Origin: a virus | DNA length: 37,908 bases | Virus record (IMG/VR): IMGVR_UViG_3300028024_000002 | Coordinates: 1 to 37,908 of that record | Strand: one strand, 5' to 3' | In this document: piece after piece, positions 6,547 through 12,755 of the stretch | How positions within the stretch are numbered: position 1 is the first letter of the stretch | Layout of the letters: each line of letters opens with the position of its first letter | The notes under the pieces: model-generated | The model's database searches: none | Seen by the model: the letters and a program-made list of their open reading frames with translations, nothing else | Told to the model about the DNA's origin: nothing | Program-made: the position numbers and the translations under genes

Positions 6547-7747
6547 GAAGCCCGGCAAGGATGGGACGCGTTATTTCTGGCAGCCGTCCAAGACCCTACG
6601 TGCCATGGGCTGGCAACCGGAGCGCCTGGCCGACGATCGCGACCAGGCGATCCTGCGCGCCGGCGAGCTCAACAAGCGCCTCGACGCTTGGCGGAAGGGC
6701 GAGGTAGCGGCCGGGGCGGCAGCGGCCGCCAGCGAGGCTCCGGCGCTGGCGGCGAAGCCCGGCAGGACAGCCCCCAGCCAGCCGCCGATCCCCGGCAGCG
6801 TCCGAGATCTCATCATCCGCTATAAGCAGTCACATCGTTACACCGAGCTCGCCGACAAGACCCGCTACGAATACGACGCCAACATGCGCGTCATCGAGAC
6901 ATGGGCATCGGACGGCCGCGCGCCCGTCCCGTCGATCGGCCCGGCCCGCGTCCAGGCGCTTTATGAAAGCCTGCGGCAACGCACGCCCTCGAAGGCGGCC
7001 GCCGTGATCGGCATGTTGCGCATTCTGCTCAAGCACGCGATCCGCTTGGAATGGGTCAAGATCAACGCGGCCGAGGATCCCGGCATCCAGGGCCGACCCT
7101 TCGCCGGCAAGCTGTGGCCGATCGATGCCGTCTCGCTGTTTATCGAGACCGCCGACCACATGGACTATCATTCGGTCGGCACCGCCGTCGCGATCAACTT
7201 CTGGATCGGCCAGCGCGAGGCCGATGTGCTGGGCTTGAAGCGCAGCAGCTATCGCGACAACACATTCTATGTGAAACAAAAGAAGACCGACGCCCGCATA
7301 GCCGTGCCGCATTCCCCCTGGCTTGGCGAACGCATCGAGGCCGAGCTCGCCAACCAGGCGCGGCGCAAGATCGAGGGCGCGACATATCTGCTGATCTGCG
7401 AAAAGACCGGCCAGGCCTGGAATGGCGACACCTTCCGCCATACCTTTGCCGAGATCCGCGCAGCCGCGGCCCTGGAATGGCCGAGCTTCTTCCTGGAGGA
7501 TGACAGCGAAGTGCCGATGGATAAGCTGTGGTTCATGCACCTGCGCCACACGGCAGTCACCGAACTCGCGATCGCCGGCTGCACCATCCCGGAAATCGCC
7601 AGCATCACCGGCCACACGATCAAGAGCGTCTATCAGATCCTGGAGCGCTATCTTGTCACCAACTCCGCCTTGGCCAAGGTCGCCATGGCGAAGCGCCTGC
7701 AGATGGATACCGAGATCGTGGCGCTGATGGAGGGGGCGGGCAAGTGA
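6515..7747 (+). CDS. int: Tyrosine recombinase / phage integrase
   Basis: Box II motif is MHLRHTAVTELAIAG, with the catalytic Tyr context GHTIKSVYQILERY. ATG 6515 is preceded by GAGGGA. An alternative ATG lies at 6485. Confidence 0.9.
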   Translation: MARIKVRYFVEKPGKDGTRYFWQPSKTLRAMGWQPERLADDRDQAILRAGELNKRLDAWRKGEVAAGAAAAASEAPALAAKPGRTAPSQPPIPGSVRDLIIRYKQSHRYTELADKTRYEYDANMRVIETWASDGRAPVPSIGPARVQALYESLRQRTPSKAAAVIGMLRILLKHAIRLEWVKINAAEDPGIQGRPFAGKLWPIDAVSLFIETADHMDYHSVGTAVAINFWIGQREADVLGLKRSSYRDNTFYVKQKKTDARIAVPHSPWLGERIEAELANQARRKIEGATYLLICEKTGQAWNGDTFRHTFAEIRAAAALEWPSFFLEDDSEVPMDKLWFMHLRHTAVTELAIAGCTIPEIASITGHTIKSVYQILERYLVTNSALAKVAMAKRLQMDTEIVALMEGAGK

Positions 7748-7797
7748 TGGCGCGTGTTTGCATGAGCGGCGCCTTGTAACCGGCAACGGAGAGTGAA

Positions 7798-8061
7798 ATG
7801 GATTACATTGATGTCTTCCGACGCCTTCACCAGGCGGTGTCAGCAGCGGACCCAAGCCTCACCAGCGAGGCGCCGATCCTGCTGTTGCCGAGACCAGACT
7901 TGGCTCATCGCCTGCTGGAGCAGCTTTTTACGGAGACGGGGCCGCTGGTGTTTCAGCCCAGGAGCGCGGTCAAAACGATCGACGATGGCGGCGTGCCTTA
8001 TCGCCAGCTGGAAATATTTGGCATCAAGGTGCGCTGGCCGCGCGCCGGCGAAACAGCTTGA
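7798..8061 (+). CDS. Hypothetical protein (cargo gene 1 between int and attP)
   Basis: 87 aa. RBS GGAGAG is present. GC is slightly lower than in neighbouring genes. Confidence 0.55.
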   Translation: MDYIDVFRRLHQAVSAADPSLTSEAPILLLPRPDLAHRLLEQLFTETGPLVFQPRSAVKTIDDGGVPYRQLEIFGIKVRWPRAGETA

Positions 8062-8062
8062 G

Positions 8063-8293
8063 ATGACCGGTACCAAGCATGAGGACCCGGTGCCTTACAT
8101 CCCGGAGCATCACGCGACGCGCAGCGAGCGCGACGATATCCTGCGGCAGCAGATCGGCCATGAGGCCGTCGAGTGGTTGCTGCCCGGATTGCAGCCCCTC
8201 CTCGACTGGTTTGTCGATGCCAGCGAGGCGGAGATCGTCGAGCTCGAAAACGCGATCGGTGGCGTTCTCATCGATCGGATATCGAAACGCTGA
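8063..8293 (+). CDS. Hypothetical acidic protein (cargo gene 2)
   Basis: 76 aa from the internal ATG at 8063, which lies 1 nt after the upstream stop. Confidence 0.5.
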   Translation: MTGTKHEDPVPYIPEHHATRSERDDILRQQIGHEAVEWLLPGLQPLLDWFVDASEAEIVELENAIGGVLIDRISKR

Positions 8294-8299
8294 CTGGCG

Positions 8300-8316
8300 C
8301 GCGAACGCGGTTCGCG
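8300..8316 (+). terminator. Short stem-loop CGCGAAC-GCG-GTTCGCG after the last plus-strand gene
   Basis: The 7-bp stem is perfect. No T tract follows, so terminator function is uncertain. Confidence 0.3.
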
Positions 8317-8333
8317 AACACCCCTGGAACGAA

Positions 8334-8365
8334 AAGTTGGACATCCAACTTTCACAAAGTTGGAC
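8334..8365. promoter_or_regulatory. attP arm repeats: palindrome AAGTTGGA-CA-TCCAACTT plus a second AAGTTGGAC
   Basis: AAGTTGGAC occurs at 8334-8342 and 8357-8365, with a third copy at 8553-8561 on the other side of the core. Confidence 0.5.
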
Positions 8366-8435
8366 AGCCGATCCGGTTCCGCTATTGTTCCGCCTACAGA
8401 CTTCTAAATTATATAATGATTTCAATGGGAAAAAA

Positions 8436-8481
8436 TGGTGCCGTTGAAGGGAATTGAACCCCCGACCTACTGATTACGAAT
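8436..8481 (-). other. attP core: 46-nt copy of the 3' half of a tRNA-Thr(CGU), from anticodon loop to CCA. It is not a complete tRNA gene.
   Basis: The reverse complement is ATTCGTAATCAGTAGGTCGGGGGTTCAATTCCCTTCAACGGCACCA. This parses exactly as position 31, the anticodon loop TTCGTAA, the 3' strand of the anticodon stem, the variable loop AGGTC, the T arm GGGGG-TTCAATT-CCCTT, the acceptor 3' strand, the discriminator A and CCA. No matching 5' half lies upstream. The flanks are AT-rich. Confidence 0.75.
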
Positions 8482-8510
8482 GTGTCGGAAGTCGTTATTT
8501 TTCAACACCT

Positions 8511-8561
8511 TGTCAGACTCCACTCTGTCAGACTTTGTCGAACTTCTGTCAGAAGTTGGAC
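8511..8561. promoter_or_regulatory. attP arm repeats: three copies of TGTCAGA(C/A), the palindrome AACTTCTG-T-CAGAAGTT, and a third AAGTTGGAC
   Basis: TGTCAGAC is at 8511-8518 and 8526-8533, and TGTCAGAA at 8547-8554. The palindrome is at 8541-8557. Confidence 0.5.
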
Positions 8562-8576
8562 GTTTCTTTAAGGCCT

Positions 8577-8795
8577 CTAGCGCAGCTTTGCAACCCACAT
8601 ATCCATGGGAGGCCGGCGCAGGCAGCGGGTACAGCGCATGCGCTCCTTGATCGCCACGACCGGAAACTGTGCCTTCAGCTTCCGGTGCAGCTGAGACTGC
8701 GTTACATGGCCCCGATGGCCGCAAATGCAGTTCCCGACGATATACTCGTCTCGCTCCAGGTCCGCGAGGGTCGCATTTTCAATCCGCCGGCGCAT
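8577..8795 (-). CDS. Small Cys/His-rich hypothetical protein (CxCxH..H ... CxxC), the last gene of the minus-strand block next to attP
   Basis: 72 aa with coding-like GC3. A weak RBS GAGAA precedes it. Confidence 0.45.
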   Translation of the reverse strand: MRRRIENATLADLERDEYIVGNCICGHRGHVTQSQLHRKLKAQFPVVAIKERMRCTRCLRRPPMDMWVAKLR

Positions 8796-8866
8796 GGACT
8801 TGTTCTCATTACGTTCTCGCCATGGAACGCTGCCCGGCCGGCGGAGTCAAGAGATCGGCGGGCGCC

Positions 8867-9214
8867 CTATTTCAGCACGAGCCAAACCAGAAGCAGCAGT
8901 AGGACCAACATCACCAGGCACAGCAGCTTGACCGCCCGCTGCGCGTCGAGGCGATCCCATTCGCTCGCTAGGTTCTTCAGGTTCTCATAGATGATGTGCG
9001 GCCACTGGTACCACCTGGCGGCCGCCATCTCCTCGGCGAAGCGCCGGAAATGCGGATCCATCGCCGGCACGAGCCAGCCGAAGAGGCCGTTATCGCGCGT
9101 CCGGTCCTGCGCATCGCTGCCGAACCAGAAGCCATAGACCATCCAATAGCCACCGCCGGCAGCGGCGGCCAGGAACGCCCATGGCAATAGCAGCAGTTTC
9201 AACCAGGCCTTCAT
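8867..9214 (-). CDS. Membrane protein with N- and C-terminal hydrophobic segments, coupled to the o-spanin gene
   Basis: 115 aa. The hydrophobic segments are LLLLPWAFLAAAAGGGYWMVYGFWF and LLCLVMLVLLLLLVWLVL. It has an ATGA overlap with the gene at 9211-9525. Confidence 0.6.
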   Translation of the reverse strand: MKAWLKLLLLPWAFLAAAAGGGYWMVYGFWFGSDAQDRTRDNGLFGWLVPAMDPHFRRFAEEMAAARWYQWPHIIYENLKNLASEWDRLDAQRAVKLLCLVMLVLLLLLVWLVLK

Positions 9215-9525
9215 TGCCCCGCCCTCTCCGCTTGTGGGTGATAGATACGATTGATCGCCCGGATCTTGTCCGAGCTGCAGGCCCAGGCCGATCGATAACG
9301 GTTGACCAGGCCCATCAGATCAACATCGGTCTTGATCTCAGCCGACGACCAGGCCGGCTCGTCGCACGGCCGCAACAGGCTGTCCGGCAGATCGCGATAG
9401 ACCGCGACGGTCTTAATGACCGACGGCAGGGGCTGCAGGGGCGGCTGGCCTGCCCTCTCCGCGCATGCCGCCAAGGACATCGAGCACAATAGGGCCAAGA
9501 GGCCGGACTTGATCGGGATGCGCAT
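9211..9525 (-). CDS. o-spanin (outer-membrane lipoprotein spanin subunit)
   Basis: 104 aa. The lipobox is SLAA|C. The N-terminal mature region is proline-rich. The gene starts inside the 3' end of the i-spanin gene in another frame. Confidence 0.65.
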   Translation of the reverse strand: MRIPIKSGLLALLCSMSLAACAERAGQPPLQPLPSVIKTVAVYRDLPDSLLRPCDEPAWSSAEIKTDVDLMGLVNRYRSAWACSSDKIRAINRIYHPQAERAGQ

Positions 9526-9898
9526 TTGCCCTCGCTTTCAGTGCGTCTAGCTGGTTGTTGAGGTCGGAGATCTCCGCGGCTTGCTGCTGCGCCGTCTCGT
9601 CGGCGATCGACTGCGCCTTGGCGAGATCGGCCGTCTGGCGCGTCAGCTGGGCCGCCTGGTCGTCAATGACGCCCTGCATGTCGGCGGCGGATTTCTGCCA
9701 GCGCAACACATCCACGGCGAGCGTGTCAGCTCGATCGCGAAGCGTGCCGATCGTCTCCTGCGCTGCATGCAGGCGGGCGCTCTGGATCCAGGCGAAGCCG
9801 CCGAGGCCGATGACGGCAACGGCCACGATCGCCCATGGCAGGATCTTCTTGATGGTCATGCCGCCCACCTGGGCGGCCACTGGTGCCAAGAAAGCCAT
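9413..9898 (-). CDS. i-spanin (N-terminal TM plus coiled coil)
   Basis: The TM segment is ILPWAIVAVAVIGLGGFAWI, followed by a long Q/A/D-rich helix. ATG 9898 has GAGGGG upstream. The ATG at 9916 is the alternative start. Confidence 0.65.
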   Translation of the reverse strand: MAFLAPVAAQVGGMTIKKILPWAIVAVAVIGLGGFAWIQSARLHAAQETIGTLRDRADTLAVDVLRWQKSAADMQGVIDDQAAQLTRQTADLAKAQSIADETAQQQAAEISDLNNQLDALKARANAHPDQVRPLGPIVLDVLGGMRGEGRPAAPAAPAVGH

Positions 9899-9950
9899 TT
9901 CATCCCCTCGCTTCATTCTGGCGGTGTGACGAGCTCTGCAGCGGCCGCCA

Positions 9951-10520
9951 TCACGGCAGCGCCTCCATCATCTGCTGCCACTGCGCGATGCGAGACACAT
10001 AGGTCAGCGTTTCGCGCGCATGGTCGCCGGTGACGAGAGGCAGGCAAGGCACGACGGTCGACCAGGCCGGGGCGCCGGGACAGAGCCGCAACGCCTTCCG
10101 GATGTTGCCGGCGCCGGCGTTATAGGCCGCCTGAGCCATCTTGTGGCGCTCCGGGTCGGGCCAGGCCCGCCAGTCGGCGAAACGCCGCTGCTGCGCCATG
10201 TAAAGCGCGCCGCCATAGATCGCCGGCTCCACGTCATAGGCGGAAGCCTCACCAATCTGCAGCTGCGGCAGGATCTCGCGCCAGGTCCCGGGCATGATCT
10301 GCGCCAGGCCGGCGGCACCGACCGGCGACTTGGCGGCCGGGTTCAGCTTGCTTTCCTGGTAGAGCTGCGCCTTCCAAGCCTGCGCGCGCGGATAGTCCGG
10401 CCAATAACGCAGGACCGCCCGCGCGATCAGCAGGTCGTACTTAGCTGAAAAAGATGGCGGCTGCGCCCAGGATGCAGAGCCCCAGCCAGCGGTTACCCAA
10501 ATAGCGAGCGACAGCGCCAT
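9951..10520 (-). CDS. Lytic transglycosylase (SLT domain) endolysin with an N-terminal signal/SAR-like segment
   Basis: The SLT motif is YQESKLNPAAKSPVGAAGLAQIMPGTW. The start was chosen at the internal ATG (MALSLAIWVTAGWGSASWA). The part of the track ORF upstream of it looks like shadow. Confidence 0.8.
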   Translation of the reverse strand: MALSLAIWVTAGWGSASWAQPPSFSAKYDLLIARAVLRYWPDYPRAQAWKAQLYQESKLNPAAKSPVGAAGLAQIMPGTWREILPQLQIGEASAYDVEPAIYGGALYMAQQRRFADWRAWPDPERHKMAQAAYNAGAGNIRKALRLCPGAPAWSTVVPCLPLVTGDHARETLTYVSRIAQWQQMMEALP

Positions 10521-10677
10521 TGCCTTTGCGAATTTCACCCCAGGCCTCCTTGAAGTTGATGCCGGCGCGGCGGTCGAGGATCCGGGAATAGGCCCACACG
10601 CAAAAGCAGCCGCCGCCGAAAACCAGCGCCTTGCCGACATATCCCCGGACTTGTTCATCACTCAGTAGCTCGTTCAT
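10441..10677 (-). CDS. Two-TM small membrane protein, putative holin/pinholin
   Basis: 78 aa from the internal ATG at 10677, which is preceded by GGAGGGG and forms an ATGA overlap upstream. TM segments are ALVFGGGCFCVWAY and WLGLCILGAAAIFF. Confidence 0.55.
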   Translation of the reverse strand: MNELLSDEQVRGYVGKALVFGGGCFCVWAYSRILDRRAGINFKEAWGEIRKGNGAVARYLGNRWLGLCILGAAAIFFS

Positions 10678-10961
10678 GGGTCGACCCCTCCTCTGTTGAT
10701 AGCGGTGCTGGCCTGATTGATGTTTGTCTTGCGTGCCTGCGCGTCTTCCAGGCGATCGATCCGCCGCAAAGCATCCTCCATCTTTGAGGCGTAGACGGCT
10801 TGGTTGAGCAGCACCTGGTCGATCGCCTTGCCCTGCTCTTTGAGGTCCGACCAAGCGGTCGCGCCGATCGCCGTCAGGATCGGCAACGAGAACCGCGCGA
10901 CCAGCTTCACCCAGGCATTGTCGGCCGCTTGCTCCGCGCGCTTGGCGAGATCGCCCGACAT
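10674..10961 (-). CDS. Single-TM protein with a coiled-coil tail (holin/antiholin candidate)
   Basis: 95 aa from the ATG at 10961, with GGAGGTGG upstream and TGATG coupling. The TM segment is FSLPILTAIGATAW. Confidence 0.5.
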   Translation of the reverse strand: MSGDLAKRAEQAADNAWVKLVARFSLPILTAIGATAWSDLKEQGKAIDQVLLNQAVYASKMEDALRRIDRLEDAQARKTNINQASTAINRGGVDP

Positions 10962-11407
10962 CAACCCACCTCCGGCCAAGCGAAGGCCGGCAAGCTTTCA
11001 ATAAAATCGTCAATCGTCGGTTGCTCGATCTGCCCGGAAACGACGAGCGCAAGCTGCTGCGCTGCATATTCCCAGACCTGATCACGCCATACCGACAGCG
11101 CGTTCGCTTCCGCCTTGAACTTTGCGTTCGTGCTATTGGCGTAGCTGCAGGCCGATACAATGTTGTCGTAATCCCGCTCCTTAGCCTTGTCGTCTAGAGC
11201 ACCGCCGATCGCTACTCGGTAGTCTTCGATGCTGGGCGGTGGCGGCGGCGGTGGCATGACGTAATTGCCGCCGTCGAATAACCAGTTGACCCCGACATCG
11301 TCCGGCGCGTCGTCGCGCACCTGTGTCATCAGGTCCTCATGCAGTACTGGCATCTCCGCAAATAATTCCACGACGCGACCGGCATCTATACGAACGATCT
11401 TGCTCAT
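10961..11407 (-). CDS. Putative tail-fibre assembly/chaperone-like protein
   Basis: 148 aa from the ATG at 11407 (RBS GAGG), immediately after the fibre gene. It contains a poly-Pro run. The N-terminal part of the track ORF is shadow. Confidence 0.45.
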   Translation of the reverse strand: MSKIVRIDAGRVVELFAEMPVLHEDLMTQVRDDAPDDVGVNWLFDGGNYVMPPPPPPPSIEDYRVAIGGALDDKAKERDYDNIVSACSYANSTNAKFKAEANALSVWRDQVWEYAAQQLALVVSGQIEQPTIDDFIESLPAFAWPEVG

Positions 11408-11414
11408 GTTGACC

Positions 11415-12746
11415 TCACGCATATTCGAAGATGACAACAAGGCCAGTCCCGCCATTGCCACCGGCAACGATAGGCGTTGTGGCATTGTAAGCACCGATGC
11501 CACTCGCACCGCCGGCGCCGGAATTCGGGTCGGCGCTATAGCCGGCCGTCGCGGTAACTGAGTTGGCCTGAGCCCCAGCGCCACCAAAGGGACCGGCTCC
11601 GCGGGCGCCTGGCATCGTTTGGGTCCCTGTTCCGTATGCGTTGAACATCGGGCAGCTGTCACCGCGCAAATTGATGTCGCCACCGCTACCGATGCCACCA
11701 ACTCCGACCGTGCCGGTTACGCCCTGACCTTGGCGCCCCACGCCGCCGGCTCCACCGGTCGCACTGCACCAAGCTCCAAATGATGACGTCCCGCCTGCTG
11801 ATCCCTGCGCAATAGCCGCGTTGGATGCGCCGCCGCCCGCCGCTCCAACGGTCACGGTCTCGGCCGCAGCAAGCGCTGAGGTTAAGATTTTCTTGATAGC
11901 GCAGCCACCGCCCGCGCCAGATTGTGCCCCGCCATAGAGCGATGCCATACCTGACGTGCTGCCTGCGCCTCCGCCTGCGCCCAGCACATAAATGACAACG
12001 AAGCTGCTGGCCATGTTCTTGTTGTAAGTACCGCTGGCGGTATAGACGACGACATTCAAAAGGCGACCGGCCGTAATGCCCGTCAGGTTGGCGCCATTAA
12101 CAGCGGGCAACTTACCAGCCGCATCAAGCTGCACCACGTTGTTTGCCGCTGTGCCAACATTTTGCGTAGCAGCGCTTCCCAAGCCGATGGCGTTTCGCAT
12201 GGACGCATCGGTCGTAAGGGCTGCGCCCCAGCCACCATTCGCCCGCGACACAGGCAAGGGGATGTCGGCGGTGCCGTAGAGCTTGTTGACCAAGCCGGAC
12301 CCATCATCGGCCCAGCCCAGTAGCTTGCCGGCTTCCGGCGTCACCTGCAGAGAAACGCTTCCGGTGACTGTCGGGCTCAGGCTGATGCAACGCGACACAC
12401 CGCGAAGGATCTGCTGGCAAATGGTGGTCAGCTTGTCGAAGGCCCGCTCGACGACACTGCTCGGAAACTTGTCACCAGCCGGAAACACCGCCGTCTGGGT
12501 CGCCGGCGTATTGCGTTCCAGGATGACGTTCTTCACACCAACGGCCGGGGGCACGGGGATCGTCACGTTGCCACCTGTCGGAACCCCGACATTGCTAACC
12601 GTGTAATCGGCGGTCAGCGTCTTAGTGACGCCATCGACGATGACCACCATATCCTCGGCGGCATAGATAATGTTGTCATACGGGAAGATGGTCGTTACAC
12701 CATCGCCGTTATATTCCCACCGCGAAGTTGTGTCCGTTGTCGACAT
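11415..12746 (-). CDS. Tail fibre protein with a glycine-rich C-terminal domain
   Basis: 443 aa. The N-terminus YNGDGVTTIFPYDNIIYAAEDMVVIVDG is typical of podovirus fibre/adaptor N-termini. The C-terminus has GAGGGAG/GGAGGVG runs. Confidence 0.7.
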   Translation of the reverse strand: MSTTDTTSRWEYNGDGVTTIFPYDNIIYAAEDMVVIVDGVTKTLTADYTVSNVGVPTGGNVTIPVPPAVGVKNVILERNTPATQTAVFPAGDKFPSSVVERAFDKLTTICQQILRGVSRCISLSPTVTGSVSLQVTPEAGKLLGWADDGSGLVNKLYGTADIPLPVSRANGGWGAALTTDASMRNAIGLGSAATQNVGTAANNVVQLDAAGKLPAVNGANLTGITAGRLLNVVVYTASGTYNKNMASSFVVIYVLGAGGGAGSTSGMASLYGGAQSGAGGGCAIKKILTSALAAAETVTVGAAGGGASNAAIAQGSAGGTSSFGAWCSATGGAGGVGRQGQGVTGTVGVGGIGSGGDINLRGDSCPMFNAYGTGTQTMPGARGAGPFGGAGAQANSVTATAGYSADPNSGAGGASGIGAYNATTPIVAGGNGGTGLVVIFEYA

Positions 12747-12755
12747 GGCGTTCCC

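Noticed and set aside
8436-8520. A possible complete tRNA gene at the int-distal low-GC region.
   Set aside because: Only positions 31-76 of a tRNA are present. The sequence where the 5' acceptor strand, D arm and 5' anticodon stem should be (8482-8520) cannot pair with the 3' half. I interpret it as an attP core, not a functional tRNA.
9951-11701. N-terminal extensions of track ORFs: 9951-10661, 10441-11160, 10961-11701, 36868-37482, 37178-37630, 5157-5720 and 5825-6226.
   Set aside because: The upstream portions read as off-frame Arg/Pro/Ser-rich shadow and overlap the true upstream genes. Internal ATGs with an RBS and ATGA/TGATG coupling give compact, sensible proteins.
11415-12746. A diversity-generating retroelement, suggested by the BPP-1-like head genes and a variable-looking tail-fibre C-terminus.
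   Set aside because: No reverse transcriptase ORF is present, and I found no template/variable repeat pair near the fibre gene.
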